The notes under the pieces: model-generated | Told to the model about the DNA's origin: nothing | Database searches by the model: none | Seen by the model: the letters and a program-made list of their open reading frames with translations, nothing else | Shown: one piece after another, positions 30,855 to 41,589 of the stretch | Layout: each line of letters begins with the position of its first letter | Numbering within the stretch: position 1 is the stretch's first letter | Made by a program: the position numbers and the translations under genes | DNA from: Bythopirellula sp. | GTDB lineage: Bacteria > Planctomycetota > Planctomycetia > Pirellulales > Lacipirellulaceae | Direction of reading: 5' to 3' | DNA length: 64,000 nucleotides | NCBI GenBank assembly: GCA_965216565.1 | Contig: OZ244170.1 | Location: 4,192,001 to 4,256,000 of the forward strand

Positions 30855-31817
30855 CTAAAATGGTTTCGGAGCAACAGTCTCTTCGCCATCTCGCGAGCAA
30901 AGCGAGAGGATGATTGTTGGATCTAATTCGTCGCTTAAGAAATGTACTGAGCCATCACAAGCTAGTGAGTGGGCACCTCCGGGATGTTCTGAGAATATAC
31001 GTTCGTCTTCCCAAGCCTTGGGAGGTTCATGGGTATTGACGCCTTTGTTGATATGGCTAATGTTGCTTCCCGATGCCCAAGCTCCATTAAGACTTAATTT
31101 TCCACTCTTCTTAATGTCTACACCTCGACCCGTACACTCCACAATACATATAGTGTTCGAAAGCCCATCAGTAATCTTGCCGATGGTAACAGTCGGCGGT
31201 TCAGTTAGCTGCTTGCCATCAGGCAATCCTTTCGTTCCCAGCAGAATCCCACGTTGGCTGCCATAGTCGACATTACTTGTCGGGTTCTTCTTGTCTTTGG
31301 CGGGCCCAGAGATTCCCAGGTAGTCGATACAACCCAACCCTTCGCCGGCTTGACCTGACAAGTTGATTAGTCGACCGTCGGCGTCGCGGTGTTCTTCAAT
31401 ACGGCTCGTGCTGGGACAAAGATAGATCGGTAGCACAATGCTCGTGGCCGGCAGATTTACGGGATCTGTGAGTGGAATGCTAAAATCGATGAGGTCGTGC
31501 AGTTGCTGTTGTTCTACGTAATCCAGCAAAATGCTGGACCAGGAGTAGTCGAATGTTGACGGGTCATCTCGTGGCCGCGACCACAGCTTGCCAGGCGGAA
31601 ACTTTCCACGCTGGCTCTCGAAATTCAATACAGCCACACCAACTTGACGCAAGTTGTTCTGGCAGATTGAACGTCGACTACTCTCTCGCGCCGCCTGAAC
31701 GGCCGGCAACAGTAGAGCCACCAGCGCACCGACAATGGCGATCACGACCAGCAACTCGACTAACGTAAATCCAGTTTGAACGGCGTTCCGAGCTGGAGCA
31801 ATTCTTAGCGACTTCAT
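30855..31817 (-). CDS. DUF1559 prepilin-type N-terminal cleavage/methylation protein
   Basis: GFTLVELLVVIAI...PAVQAARESSRR..CQNNL; C-terminal HPGG...DGSV. Confidence 0.92.
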   Translation of the reverse strand: MKSLRIAPARNAVQTGFTLVELLVVIAIVGALVALLLPAVQAARESSRRSICQNNLRQVGVAVLNFESQRGKFPPGKLWSRPRDDPSTFDYSWSSILLDYVEQQQLHDLIDFSIPLTDPVNLPATSIVLPIYLCPSTSRIEEHRDADGRLINLSGQAGEGLGCIDYLGISGPAKDKKNPTSNVDYGSQRGILLGTKGLPDGKQLTEPPTVTIGKITDGLSNTICIVECTGRGVDIKKSGKLSLNGAWASGSNISHINKGVNTHEPPKAWEDERIFSEHPGGAHSLACDGSVHFLSDELDPTIILSLCSRDGEETVAPKPF

Positions 31818-32018
31818 AGCAATTCTTCGAGCGGAGTGTGTATGAGTACAGCTAGGGCCCATTGAGGATCGACAACGTCCAAGGCGGCTTACACTGTTCT
31901 TGGCAGAGAAGCAGTAATTCGATATGAATCGTGAACAGGGTGAGAGGTCAGTTATCGTTTATAGTTTCATTGCGACGGGTTTGAGGAATTAGAATCTTGT
32001 CGTCTCAGCAATCAGGAT

Positions 32019-35000
32019 CTATTCAATATCATTGTGAAATTCATACCCCGCATCGAAAGCCGAATCCCACGATGCGTCGGGAATAGAATCCCCGTTTTCA
32101 TCTGTAGATAAAGCTTTCACGGCGGGGTGCGAACGATTGACTGTTCGTGGATCGGCGTGTGCTGCATCGGTATTCTCCTGGAAATGCCCAGGGTCATGCG
32201 GATTCGACACAAACGTATTGTCTTCCGTATCGTCTTCAGAAGAATGCACTGGTGTCGGGGAGTTCGTCGACAGGAATACTATCTGTGAAATCGAATCTTC
32301 GGAGCCTTGCTTAGATAGTGACGAAGATTCAGCAATCTGGTTGTCAGATGGAGCCTGTACCAATGCCGATAAGGCAGCATTGTTAGCGGATGTGCCGTAA
32401 GTCGTTTCCCAATCAGCCAGATTGCCCACAGCTGCGTTTTGTTGCCACAACAGGAAGTCGAGCCCATCAACAACTGTACTCGAGTCGAAGTCGCCTGACA
32501 GATGTTGCGTTTGCGTGCCCGGTGTACCCTGGCTAGCGAAACTGACTCGCCAATTTGCGGAAGTTCCATAGTTACCGGTCGTGCTGACAACTTCCAGTGA
32601 CGGCCCACTGCCATCGGCAACAGTAGGCCATGGTGCATCATCGGAGTAAATAAAATCGTGAATGATCGCATCGTTTTCGTCGACGAGGATCACTTGCTCG
32701 CCTCCGTTCGAGAAGTCATTCGTATACTGACCAGCAATCAGCATGCTGCTCCCATAGCGAGCATCGAAAGCAGCGAGGTTTTCGACTACTACAACGCTCG
32801 CACCAGGGCCCAGAGAGGTAACGCTACTTGTGGTGAAATCGAAGTCAATACCATCAATAAATCTTACGCCGTTGAGGCTGATCGAATCGAGGGTCGGATT
32901 GTGCAACTCGATATACTCAAAGTCGTTGTCCTCAACACCTGGAACAATAGCCAACTCGGCTGGTGTCGGATTGGCAGGATGATATTGAAGTTCCGTAATT
33001 CTTAAATTCGTAGCGTCTGCGGGAACCTCAATTGAGAATAGGCCCTGAGATAGCCCACTCCAACCACCGAAGAAGTCACCTGTGCCTTTCGCGCGGGCAG
33101 TTATCTGTGTTGATTGTGTAATTGAAATTGGGCCCGTGTAGAGAATTGCCCCCGGCTTGATTCCACCACCTTCGTTCCTGGGATCGCTCCCATCGAGCGT
33201 GTAGTAGATGCTCGACCCTGGAGACGATAGAGCAACTTGCGAATTGACGGTGACGTTCCCAGGGTTGGGGCTGAACGCAGGTGCGGTGATTACCTGCGTA
33301 TCGATCCAATTGGCACGAGCGATGAGCCAGTTCTTCAGATGGCTTACTTCCCCTTCCCAACCAGTAAGGCCCGGATCGGCCAGCGGACCACCATTGGGGG
33401 CAGGGCCGGGATACCGTGCTTCGTTTCTGACTTGCGATTCAGTCAACTGATCGGTTAATCCCAACAAGGTGGCCTCCAAGTTGGCATTGGAAAACACTGT
33501 TTGCCGCAATTCGTTCCAGCGGTCGACCCAAAGCTGCTCGAAGTCGGGATCTTGCATCATCCGCCCCAGATAGAAGCGAACCCAGTGGTACTGCTCATCG
33601 ACCATCCACTTTGTGGGATCTTCTGTTCGATCGTCTTCGTCGGGGCCCATCGCCCGATCGAAATCCCAGAGAGGACCGTAGGTTAACTTTCCGCCCCGGT
33701 CTTTCGTCAAATAGGTACTTAGGCGGAATGCATCCGGGTTTCCGGAAAAGGCATTGAAGATGTGAAAATCGATAGCAGCATCGACGTCAAAGTAAGCCTC
33801 ATAGCCTAACACCGAATCCGTGAAGTTTGGTCCGTAGAGCGCGTCTTCGGCGTCTTGCACGTAATCGCGAATGTAGTCGCGCTGGGCCAAGGTCAGGTCG
33901 AGTCGCTCAGGCTCACTGTGGTTGAAGTAGCCGCCCGTGGCATTCGTCCCGCGAGATGTTAACCAACTTTCGTCATTTGGGTCGCCATCGGGTGCTTCTT
34001 CATCGATCTGCAATATGTAACCACCTGTAATCTCTGGTGCCGAATTCTGAGTCGGCGTAAGTTCGGAGATATCAACTCGGCTATCGTCACGCTTAATGAC
34101 TTCCATCAATACATAAACGCCGCGATAGTCGTTATCCGAAAGTGTTCCCCCGGTGAAGTTCGAATAGACTTCGACAAAACGCGTCCGAGGAGCCCAGGTA
34201 CCTGTCTGACGACTTAGGTCGTAGATCAAAGCATGGCGAGCCATCGCACGGTCGATGGTCCAAGGTGCGTAGAGAATCCAGTCTGATTCTGAAGGCAAAC
34301 CTAGCAGCGAGATATTCTGATCTGCACCAAATTCGTCTCGCAGTTCGATTCGCAGATTTGGTTTGTCATCTTGACTGCCAAATGTACTCTTGCCGCGCTT
34401 GTGTTGGCCGATGACTGAAGTAATGTCGGCTGGGTTCGTAAGTGAACTTCGTCCCGTGCCAGGGTCGACATCGTACAAAGCGAAAGATGAATCTTGGAAC
34501 TCGCGGTCCGGGACCCCTTGATTGAAATTATCTAACACAATCACCGGTAGATCTGAATTGAAAGTTGCCACCGATGAGGTGGACTGGACATAGGTTGCCG
34601 TGAGGATTGGCCCAACCTGCCCGGCAGAACCATAGGCTCTTGCTCGCACTTGCGTAGTGGCGTTGACGGTAACTGGGCCGGTATATATCTGTGAATTCGA
34701 GTCGGGATTGGTGCCGTCGGTGGTGTAATAAATTGTCTCACCCGCAGAAGCGGTCATCGACAATTGGAATGAGCCAACAAACACGCCCCCCACTCTTGAA
34801 AAACTGACATCCGAGGCGCGAAGGTTTGTGTTGGGCAACCCAGGCGTGGGGGCTTCTAGTTGCCCAATCAGGGGCGGGTCAATAGGGCCGCCTGAGGTGA
34901 GAAGCAGGTTTGGCACCGACAACATGTCGGAACTAGGACTACGATTGAGTGCATGTATGGCAAGTGAATTGGTACCTAGGTTCAGCAAATGGGAGTAGCT

Positions 35001-35864
35001 GCTGAGGTCAAAGTTTTCATAAACAACAGCCTGGCCATCAGGATGATCGGCAGTAGCAACTGAATTGTAGACCCCCGTCGCAGGGGCATTGGCACTCGCG
35101 ACTCGCGTACCATTGATGTATGCGATGAACCCATCGTCATACTTCATTTGAAGTTTATCTAATAACGTGTCGGGGTTCGTGATGGTGAAATCCGCACGTA
35201 CATAGACCGTTGTGGTACCAGGATCAATGGGCGTATCGAGCAATCCGAGATTCGCGTAGTTTGTACTAGAGGTCTCGTAACCCATGCTGATCGAATCGAG
35301 GTCCCAGAGAGAATCGTCAAAAGCAGTACTCGTCCAAGTTGCGTCAACGGAGTTGTCTGTGGGAATCAGATAGCGAGCCGTGCTGTTAGGATTGACAGGA
35401 TTTGTCGGATCGGAATCGAAAGCTAGACCATACGAGACATCACTGGTTTGAGCTGGATAATTGGTTCCACCTGCCCCGAACTCTGAAAGCACTGTACCGC
35501 TGGGGTTAATGAGTGCCACATACTCCCCTCCAGCGGCAAGCGAGAAGTTGGTATGCAAAAAGCCAGCTGAATCTGGCGTATTATTTCCAGAGGCAAATAC
35601 CGTTAAGAATTCGCCCTCTCCTAAGACTACGCTGGGAAATAACCATTTGTTGTTGTCCAGTGGATCGTCGGTTAACCGATATCCAGTAAGGTTGACGCTC
35701 TGGTCGCCATTGTTGTAAATCTCGATCCAATCGGGCGTCGCACCATTGCCATCTTCGATCGTATCGTCGTTAGACGCCATGAACTCCGTAATGATCGGAT
35801 CGGCAGCCAGTAACTGGCGAGCCTCAAGAGCTTCGAAGGTGAGTCGCTTGACGGACTTGCTCAT
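32019..35864 (-). CDS. CotH kinase family protein with lamin-tail domains, Fn3-associated domains and planctomycete extracellular N-terminus
   Basis: LTFEALEARQLLA; ITEFMASN and ITELQYHP (LTD); IYYT(T/L)DG twice; CotH core (SDWILYAP, YRGVYVLME, GPLWDFD). Confidence 0.88.
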   Translation of the reverse strand: MSKSVKRLTFEALEARQLLAADPIITEFMASNDDTIEDGNGATPDWIEIYNNGDQSVNLTGYRLTDDPLDNNKWLFPSVVLGEGEFLTVFASGNNTPDSAGFLHTNFSLAAGGEYVALINPSGTVLSEFGAGGTNYPAQTSDVSYGLAFDSDPTNPVNPNSTARYLIPTDNSVDATWTSTAFDDSLWDLDSISMGYETSSTNYANLGLLDTPIDPGTTTVYVRADFTITNPDTLLDKLQMKYDDGFIAYINGTRVASANAPATGVYNSVATADHPDGQAVVYENFDLSSYSHLLNLGTNSLAIHALNRSPSSDMLSVPNLLLTSGGPIDPPLIGQLEAPTPGLPNTNLRASDVSFSRVGGVFVGSFQLSMTASAGETIYYTTDGTNPDSNSQIYTGPVTVNATTQVRARAYGSAGQVGPILTATYVQSTSSVATFNSDLPVIVLDNFNQGVPDREFQDSSFALYDVDPGTGRSSLTNPADITSVIGQHKRGKSTFGSQDDKPNLRIELRDEFGADQNISLLGLPSESDWILYAPWTIDRAMARHALIYDLSRQTGTWAPRTRFVEVYSNFTGGTLSDNDYRGVYVLMEVIKRDDSRVDISELTPTQNSAPEITGGYILQIDEEAPDGDPNDESWLTSRGTNATGGYFNHSEPERLDLTLAQRDYIRDYVQDAEDALYGPNFTDSVLGYEAYFDVDAAIDFHIFNAFSGNPDAFRLSTYLTKDRGGKLTYGPLWDFDRAMGPDEDDRTEDPTKWMVDEQYHWVRFYLGRMMQDPDFEQLWVDRWNELRQTVFSNANLEATLLGLTDQLTESQVRNEARYPGPAPNGGPLADPGLTGWEGEVSHLKNWLIARANWIDTQVITAPAFSPNPGNVTVNSQVALSSPGSSIYYTLDGSDPRNEGGGIKPGAILYTGPISITQSTQITARAKGTGDFFGGWSGLSQGLFSIEVPADATNLRITELQYHPANPTPAELAIVPGVEDNDFEYIELHNPTLDSISLNGVRFIDGIDFDFTTSSVTSLGPGASVVVVENLAAFDARYGSSMLIAGQYTNDFSNGGEQVILVDENDAIIHDFIYSDDAPWPTVADGSGPSLEVVSTTGNYGTSANWRVSFASQGTPGTQTQHLSGDFDSSTVVDGLDFLLWQQNAAVGNLADWETTYGTSANNAALSALVQAPSDNQIAESSSLSKQGSEDSISQIVFLSTNSPTPVHSSEDDTEDNTFVSNPHDPGHFQENTDAAHADPRTVNRSHPAVKALSTDENGDSIPDASWDSAFDAGYEFHNDIE

Positions 35865-36085
35865 TCCACGCCTATGTTCGCTTATGACCGCGTCATAATT
35901 CTAGTTTTAGGAAGAGGTTCCGAACTTGCGGCAACGACATTTCATTGCGGTCCAGAAATTCTTACGGATCCTCAGATACATTTTGAGAGAGTTGAGCTAC
36001 GGGGTACGACTCCCACTTACTTAGACAGACTTGGAGAAGAGCTTTCTCTTTTCTCCAAAATTCTAGAAGCGTAGCCCGAATCTTG

Positions 36086-36113
36086 AGTATACCAATATTG
36101 GTCTAGCTGTCAA
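36086..36113 (-). promoter_or_regulatory. Sigma70-type promoter with an embedded palindromic operator (TATACCAATATTGGTCTA, 36088-36105)
   Basis: Minus strand reads TTGACA-16 nt-TATACT with TGn extension; operator lies in the spacer. Confidence 0.75.
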
Positions 36114-36212
36114 GCTTCGAGCTTGTGTTTCCGACGCAGCCTGGGAGTTAAGTGACGCCGCGCGACATGACTCTTCTGTGACTAAGCCCATCTTGAGACT
36201 CTAGGGCTGAGA

Positions 36213-38183
36213 TTAAGTGCCTTCCATGGACGGTGGCGGGTCGTTGATGTGTCTTAGCCAAACCAGGTACAAGCCAACAAAGGCTGTGGCTCCGATAGCT
36301 AAGCAAATTGTGAATCCTTCCCAATTGCGGACTATGGCCAACATGGGTGTCAGGAAGAGCATGACCTGAAACGTCAATGCAAATGGTACCGCTGTGAGAT
36401 CGCGTCGATGTTCCGCGGTCACTTGGTCTCGCACATCATCGGGCAGTTCTGCCTTCAAGTGACTCCATAGGCCGAAGGGCCACGTTGTCCGATAAAAATT
36501 GCGTAGCACAGCTGGGTCAGTCGGTGGTGTGAACAGGGCACCGAGAACTGAAGCGATAAGCCCAATCGACCCCACGACGAGCAATTGAAAATGCGGGGAG
36601 AGTTCCGGATAAAGTAGCCGCTGTAGAAAAGCAGCCATCATTCCCGCGATCATTCCAATAGCAAAACCGCCCCCGTTAAAACGCCACCAGTACAGCCTCA
36701 ATATGATGGGCATCATCATGCCTCCACCCAAACCCATGATGATCCAGTCCCAGATTTCATTGACGTTTTTTATGCTATAGGCAAAGGCAAAGCCGATGAC
36801 AACGATGGCTGCGATGAATATCCAGGTTGCAAACAATAGCTCACGAATCCCCGCCGTCGGTCGGAGATGTTTTTGATAGATGTCCCGCACGAAGAGCCCA
36901 GCTGTCATGTTTACATTTGAATCGAATGTAGACATGGATGCAGCCAACAAGGCAACGATCATTAGGCCGCGCAGACCGGCAGGAATAACTAGCAGCAGGA
37001 CGGCCGGCAGAATACGTTCGGGATTCACAGTACCGTGATAACTGATCAGCAGCACTTTTTCTTTCCATTGCTCTCCTAACAATGCTTGCAACTGCTCGAT
37101 GAACTGGGGGTCCAACTGCTCCGGCGAGTTGATGAGGCCTGAGGTGTATTCCTGCCAACTCTCTTCGTTGACCTCTGGTGCATGGTTCTTGATGAGAACA
37201 GAAGCGTCTTGAATGACCGACTGATCAGGAAATAAATTGCCAATCAGCACTAGCCCCAGCACGGCAAAACTCATCATCATTGGCCATCGGGCGGACATGA
37301 GGCATGTCCACATGAAAGAGAGCTTACTGCATTCGGCGTCGGTTCGAGCACCGAAATACTTGGGATCGTCACCTGTACCAAGACCGAAGAAAAGATTGCG
37401 GAGTAGGTAGAGGCCGACAAACAGAATCAGATGCTGATACTGCTCGTAGCCTGTCGGCATGCTTGTGTTCCACTGGGGCGCGGCAGACATCCAACTGGTG
37501 TTACCAGTGATCTGGGTGGAAAGCTGCTCCAACGCTCCAGCGTCGGTTATTTGTGTCATTGCCAAGAAGCATACGAGCCCCACGGCGGCGAGGATAACTA
37601 CTGATTGCAATAGGTCAGTAAACACTACCCCGTAGAAACCCGAGAACATCGTATAGACGGCTGCCAGACAAATCACCACCAAGGCGCATTGCGTGGGGGA
37701 AAAAGGCAGAAGCATAGAAAAGAACAGGCCTACTGCCTTGGTGAGGTAAGCCAACATTCCGATTACCCAAGCAATCGTGGCGATTGCCTTAGCAAGCTGT
37801 GCGAACCGACCTCCAGGTCCATCACCGAAGCGATAGATCATCCACTCGGCACCGGTCAAGCAACCGGAACGTCGGTGCCACTTGCCAGTCCACAGCATCA
37901 TCATCACGAGCACCAGCACAGCTCCGCCACGAAACTCGATAAACAGCCCTCTAGGACCAAGGAGATACAAGAACGAGACAATCACCATCGTTCCGGCAAC
38001 ATCGAGATAGCTAGCCATTCCAGATGTCCCCAGCATCCACCAGGGCAGAGAACGGCCACCGACGAGATAATCTTCCAGGCTGGCAGAAGCTAGTTTCTTG
38101 AGATAGAAGGTCAACGCTATCAGCAGGCACAGGTATAGCCCGATTACTGCGTAGTCGAACCAATTCAGGTAGTCGGCAGCCAA
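36213..38183 (-). CDS. Sodium:solute symporter family protein (probable sugar uptake)
   Basis: DYLVGGRSLPWW, GVVFTD, LAASMST, many TM helices; TTG start after AAGGAG. Confidence 0.88.
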   Translation of the reverse strand: MAADYLNWFDYAVIGLYLCLLIALTFYLKKLASASLEDYLVGGRSLPWWMLGTSGMASYLDVAGTMVIVSFLYLLGPRGLFIEFRGGAVLVLVMMMLWTGKWHRRSGCLTGAEWMIYRFGDGPGGRFAQLAKAIATIAWVIGMLAYLTKAVGLFFSMLLPFSPTQCALVVICLAAVYTMFSGFYGVVFTDLLQSVVILAAVGLVCFLAMTQITDAGALEQLSTQITGNTSWMSAAPQWNTSMPTGYEQYQHLILFVGLYLLRNLFFGLGTGDDPKYFGARTDAECSKLSFMWTCLMSARWPMMMSFAVLGLVLIGNLFPDQSVIQDASVLIKNHAPEVNEESWQEYTSGLINSPEQLDPQFIEQLQALLGEQWKEKVLLISYHGTVNPERILPAVLLLVIPAGLRGLMIVALLAASMSTFDSNVNMTAGLFVRDIYQKHLRPTAGIRELLFATWIFIAAIVVIGFAFAYSIKNVNEIWDWIIMGLGGGMMMPIILRLYWWRFNGGGFAIGMIAGMMAAFLQRLLYPELSPHFQLLVVGSIGLIASVLGALFTPPTDPAVLRNFYRTTWPFGLWSHLKAELPDDVRDQVTAEHRRDLTAVPFALTFQVMLFLTPMLAIVRNWEGFTICLAIGATAFVGLYLVWLRHINDPPPSMEGT

Positions 38184-38353
38184 ATGGCTCACTCCTTTGT
38201 ATCTAGCCACCCATCTATAGAAACCTAAGCGCTGATTTCTCGCGCTTGCCAACTGTTTCGGGGGTAGTTAGAAATCGTCTTCAATGACTGAAAAATGTTG
38301 ATTAGTCTTTTTGGAGGATGAGAGTATTTCGAGAGACGTTTCTCAACTAGTCT

Positions 38354-41300
38354 TTAACGTAGGTAGAGACAAATTATTTCTGCCACCCGGTAGTCTATTG
38401 GGACCTCAAGCCATTGGTTGCCTTCATCATCTTGACGCACTGAGTAATCAAGTTGCTCCAATTCGTCTTCCATTATGTTGGTGCGGCAAACGGTATTAAA
38501 AGGCATGCTCGTTCTTAGTACGGCTTGGTCGCTCTGACCGAGTGGATCGTAGAGCCGGACAACGACTCCCGAGCCATTTTCCGCAGGCTTCACGGTATTG
38601 AGGACAAGCCGACCATCAACTGCAAAGAGGGACCGACCAGCGTCACTCGAAGATCGCTGTGTCCACAGCAACGGCTGATTGAAAGTGATTGCCTCTGAAA
38701 CGACATCCCCTTCCCGCCAGTCGCCTTGATGCGGCAACACGGCGTAGGAGAATTGATGCGAGCCCATATCGCATTTCTCATCAGGATAAGTAGGTGCGCG
38801 AAGCAAGCTTAACGTAAGCACGCTCCCAGAAACGCTATATCCATATTTGCAATCTGTGAGCAAGGCCAGGCCGAAACTTGGTTCTGAAAGATCGGCCCAG
38901 CGATGTCCTGGGACTTCAAACTTAGCCGCATCAGCCAGAGTGTTTGTATGTGTTGGTCTTTCGGCATAGCCAAACGGCATCTCGAATGTTGCACGATCGG
39001 AGCGAACCGTCGTGGGGAAAACGACTTTCAGGAGTTGATGCTTCTCCTGCCATTGCACATCGCAGTGGAATTCAAGTCGTCGTGCCCCGGCAGCCAGCCG
39101 AATGGTTTGCGACATAGAACTCTCAAGTCCCAATGGCCTTTCAAAGAGGATCTCCGCTTCGAGTGGGCCAGGAGATACGATCTGGCACTTGGTGGCGGGC
39201 TGACAAACGCGGCCCGTTTCTAGGATTGACGGATCTACGTCCCATGCGTCCCACAAGACGGGCCGATCCTCATGCATCACTAGGGAATTTCCTGCTGAAC
39301 TCAATACCGACCTTCCCGACTCTAGGCATACAAGTTCAAGGAGGTCGCCATTCTCAGTAAGCGTGGCTGAGATGATCCCATTCTGGATGTGAAGCTTGCC
39401 GTCGTGAAGTTCGACGGATACAGGTTCAATCACTTCGTCATCTGCTTTGACTCTTCCGAATCCAAAGGGGGGAGATTCAACCAGGGATGGTCCTCGGTCG
39501 GGAACATCCACCACCTCGCGACGAGCAACGGAGGTCGTGTTTAGAGGGGTGATGACTGAAGAAGACGAATCGTTAGGTGAAAGTCCGTTGAGCAACTCTT
39601 CGCGAAGTGCCTGGCCATATTCAAGAATCGAGGCAAAATCTGTGCGAGCCTGTTCGTGAACTTCTGCTATTGAGGAACCTGGAAGAATGTCGTGAAACTG
39701 ATTGAGCAGCAGTTTTTCCCAGAGTTTGTCTACCTTCTCCTTCGGATATTTTGCATCGCTCTCGTACTGACTAAGTACCCCAACAAGTTCGATATCGTGC
39801 AACAAACCTTCGCATTTTCGAAGGCCTCGCTTCATTAAAGCCTGACTCGTATAGGTTGCCCGGTGACCCTCAAGATAGAGTTCGCCTGTTACCGTAGGGA
39901 TCGAACGAGTTTGGTTCTTTAGCCGTTGGAAGAATTGCTCAGGCGACCGTTGATTAGAGCGAGGCACTCCCAGCAGATCTTTTGTGCGTCGCAAACTTTC
40001 CAGCATTTCAGCCGTCGGACCACCACCACCATCGCCATGTCCAAACAGATAGTAAGCATCCGCGCCGCGATCTGAATTCTTATAGTTGGCTGCGTGGTAG
40101 CGAAGCTGCGACACTTGGCAGGTCCCGCTATAGGTATCTGCGGGTGGGAAATGCGTCAGCACTCGGCTTCCGTCGGGGCTTTCCCAATAAAACGTGTGAT
40201 GCGGGGGCGAGGTAAACTTATTCCAGGATAGCTTCTGCGTTAAGAAATTATCGATTCCTGCCAACGACATGATCTGGGGCAGTTGTCCTGCGTACCCAAA
40301 GACATCCGGATTCCAAAACTCAGTGCAACGTCGCCCAAATCGGCTTTCAAAGTACTTCTGTCCGAACAAAAACTGTCGGCAAAGTGATTCGCCTGAGGGC
40401 AGATTGCAATCGGGTTCTACATACGTTCCTCCCACAGGAAGCCACTGACCTGAATCTATCTTCTCGCGAATCCGTTGAAACAAGTCTGGGTTCTGACTCT
40501 CTATGCAGGAGTACTGGTAGGCCTGGGGGCAAGCAAACAAGAACTCTGGATAGTCATCCATATGCAGCACGACGGAACTGAAAGTCCGCACTGTCTTTCG
40601 ATAAGACTCCGCCAAAGGCCAAAGCCAAGCGGTATCGATGTGGGCGTGTCCCACTGCACTTAGTTCGTGAGCAAAGCCGCCGTTGCCGATTCTCAGTAAC
40701 TCGGCGAGGATGTCTCTGGCAGGGCCCCATGTCTCCCGGTCACTGGGATCGAGTAAGTTGCAAACCTGATTAAGATCATACAACAGACGACCGGCCCAGG
40801 CAGAATCTAGCGCTGGGCGTACTAAGGGTGTTTTGCCAAGACCAATGCCTTCTGTCTCCTGAGATGGATTACGATCAGCAACCAACTCGGTCAGAACTCG
40901 TAAATCGTGATATAAGTCCCATGCTTCCTGGTCGTAGCGTCTGATCTCGCACGTTTGCAGCCAATGAGACGGACGATGAGTAGGCTCGGGCCATGGGAGA
41001 CCGGGAACTCCATCGGGCCCCAGTAGATGATTGCATGCCACCTCGACATATAGCGTTAGCTCTTCAGCGCCAGTGGATTCTTCAATCAACCTTGCTGTTT
41101 CCCGACCCGGGTTGAGGCCTTGGATAGAACGACCATCTAGCCACAACAGGGCCTCGCTATTGCTTAGCCACGCTAGATCGACACGGTGCCCTTTCCACTC
41201 TGGCGGTACACATACTTTCAATCGAAACCAAAATGTAGCGAAAGTCGGGCCGAGGGGATCGCCCATTTTGCCAGGACGATACGTGAGTGCCTTGGCCTCT

Positions 41301-41515
41301 TCCCACGAAATGCGAGAAACGGGGCCGGCAAGTGAAATCTGTGGAATGGCACAGCGATCTGGATAGATCGCCTCTTCCATTCGTTGGTTGAGACCGAGAA
41401 TTCGATCGAGAACGTAATTCTGCTCACCCAAATAAGGCGGAGAACCTGACGAATGATCAAGGCGGTAGGGATTCGACGTCTGCGGCACCCTCCTCTTATT
41501 CTCTTGCCTTTGCAT
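38354..41515 (-). CDS. Alpha-mannosidase, glycoside hydrolase family 38
   Basis: GHAHIDTAWLWP, WNPDVFGY, GHGDGGGGP, NQFHDILPGSSI; no signal peptide seen. Confidence 0.93.
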   Translation of the reverse strand: MQRQENKRRVPQTSNPYRLDHSSGSPPYLGEQNYVLDRILGLNQRMEEAIYPDRCAIPQISLAGPVSRISWEEAKALTYRPGKMGDPLGPTFATFWFRLKVCVPPEWKGHRVDLAWLSNSEALLWLDGRSIQGLNPGRETARLIEESTGAEELTLYVEVACNHLLGPDGVPGLPWPEPTHRPSHWLQTCEIRRYDQEAWDLYHDLRVLTELVADRNPSQETEGIGLGKTPLVRPALDSAWAGRLLYDLNQVCNLLDPSDRETWGPARDILAELLRIGNGGFAHELSAVGHAHIDTAWLWPLAESYRKTVRTFSSVVLHMDDYPEFLFACPQAYQYSCIESQNPDLFQRIREKIDSGQWLPVGGTYVEPDCNLPSGESLCRQFLFGQKYFESRFGRRCTEFWNPDVFGYAGQLPQIMSLAGIDNFLTQKLSWNKFTSPPHHTFYWESPDGSRVLTHFPPADTYSGTCQVSQLRYHAANYKNSDRGADAYYLFGHGDGGGGPTAEMLESLRRTKDLLGVPRSNQRSPEQFFQRLKNQTRSIPTVTGELYLEGHRATYTSQALMKRGLRKCEGLLHDIELVGVLSQYESDAKYPKEKVDKLWEKLLLNQFHDILPGSSIAEVHEQARTDFASILEYGQALREELLNGLSPNDSSSSVITPLNTTSVARREVVDVPDRGPSLVESPPFGFGRVKADDEVIEPVSVELHDGKLHIQNGIISATLTENGDLLELVCLESGRSVLSSAGNSLVMHEDRPVLWDAWDVDPSILETGRVCQPATKCQIVSPGPLEAEILFERPLGLESSMSQTIRLAAGARRLEFHCDVQWQEKHQLLKVVFPTTVRSDRATFEMPFGYAERPTHTNTLADAAKFEVPGHRWADLSEPSFGLALLTDCKYGYSVSGSVLTLSLLRAPTYPDEKCDMGSHQFSYAVLPHQGDWREGDVVSEAITFNQPLLWTQRSSSDAGRSLFAVDGRLVLNTVKPAENGSGVVVRLYDPLGQSDQAVLRTSMPFNTVCRTNIMEDELEQLDYSVRQDDEGNQWLEVPIDYRVAEIICLYLR

Positions 41516-41589
41516 TGCGCTGGTTTCGTTCTGAGTTGGTGAGGTAAGAAAGAGAAGAGTGATGCCTAGGCAGACGTCTATTAACGGTA

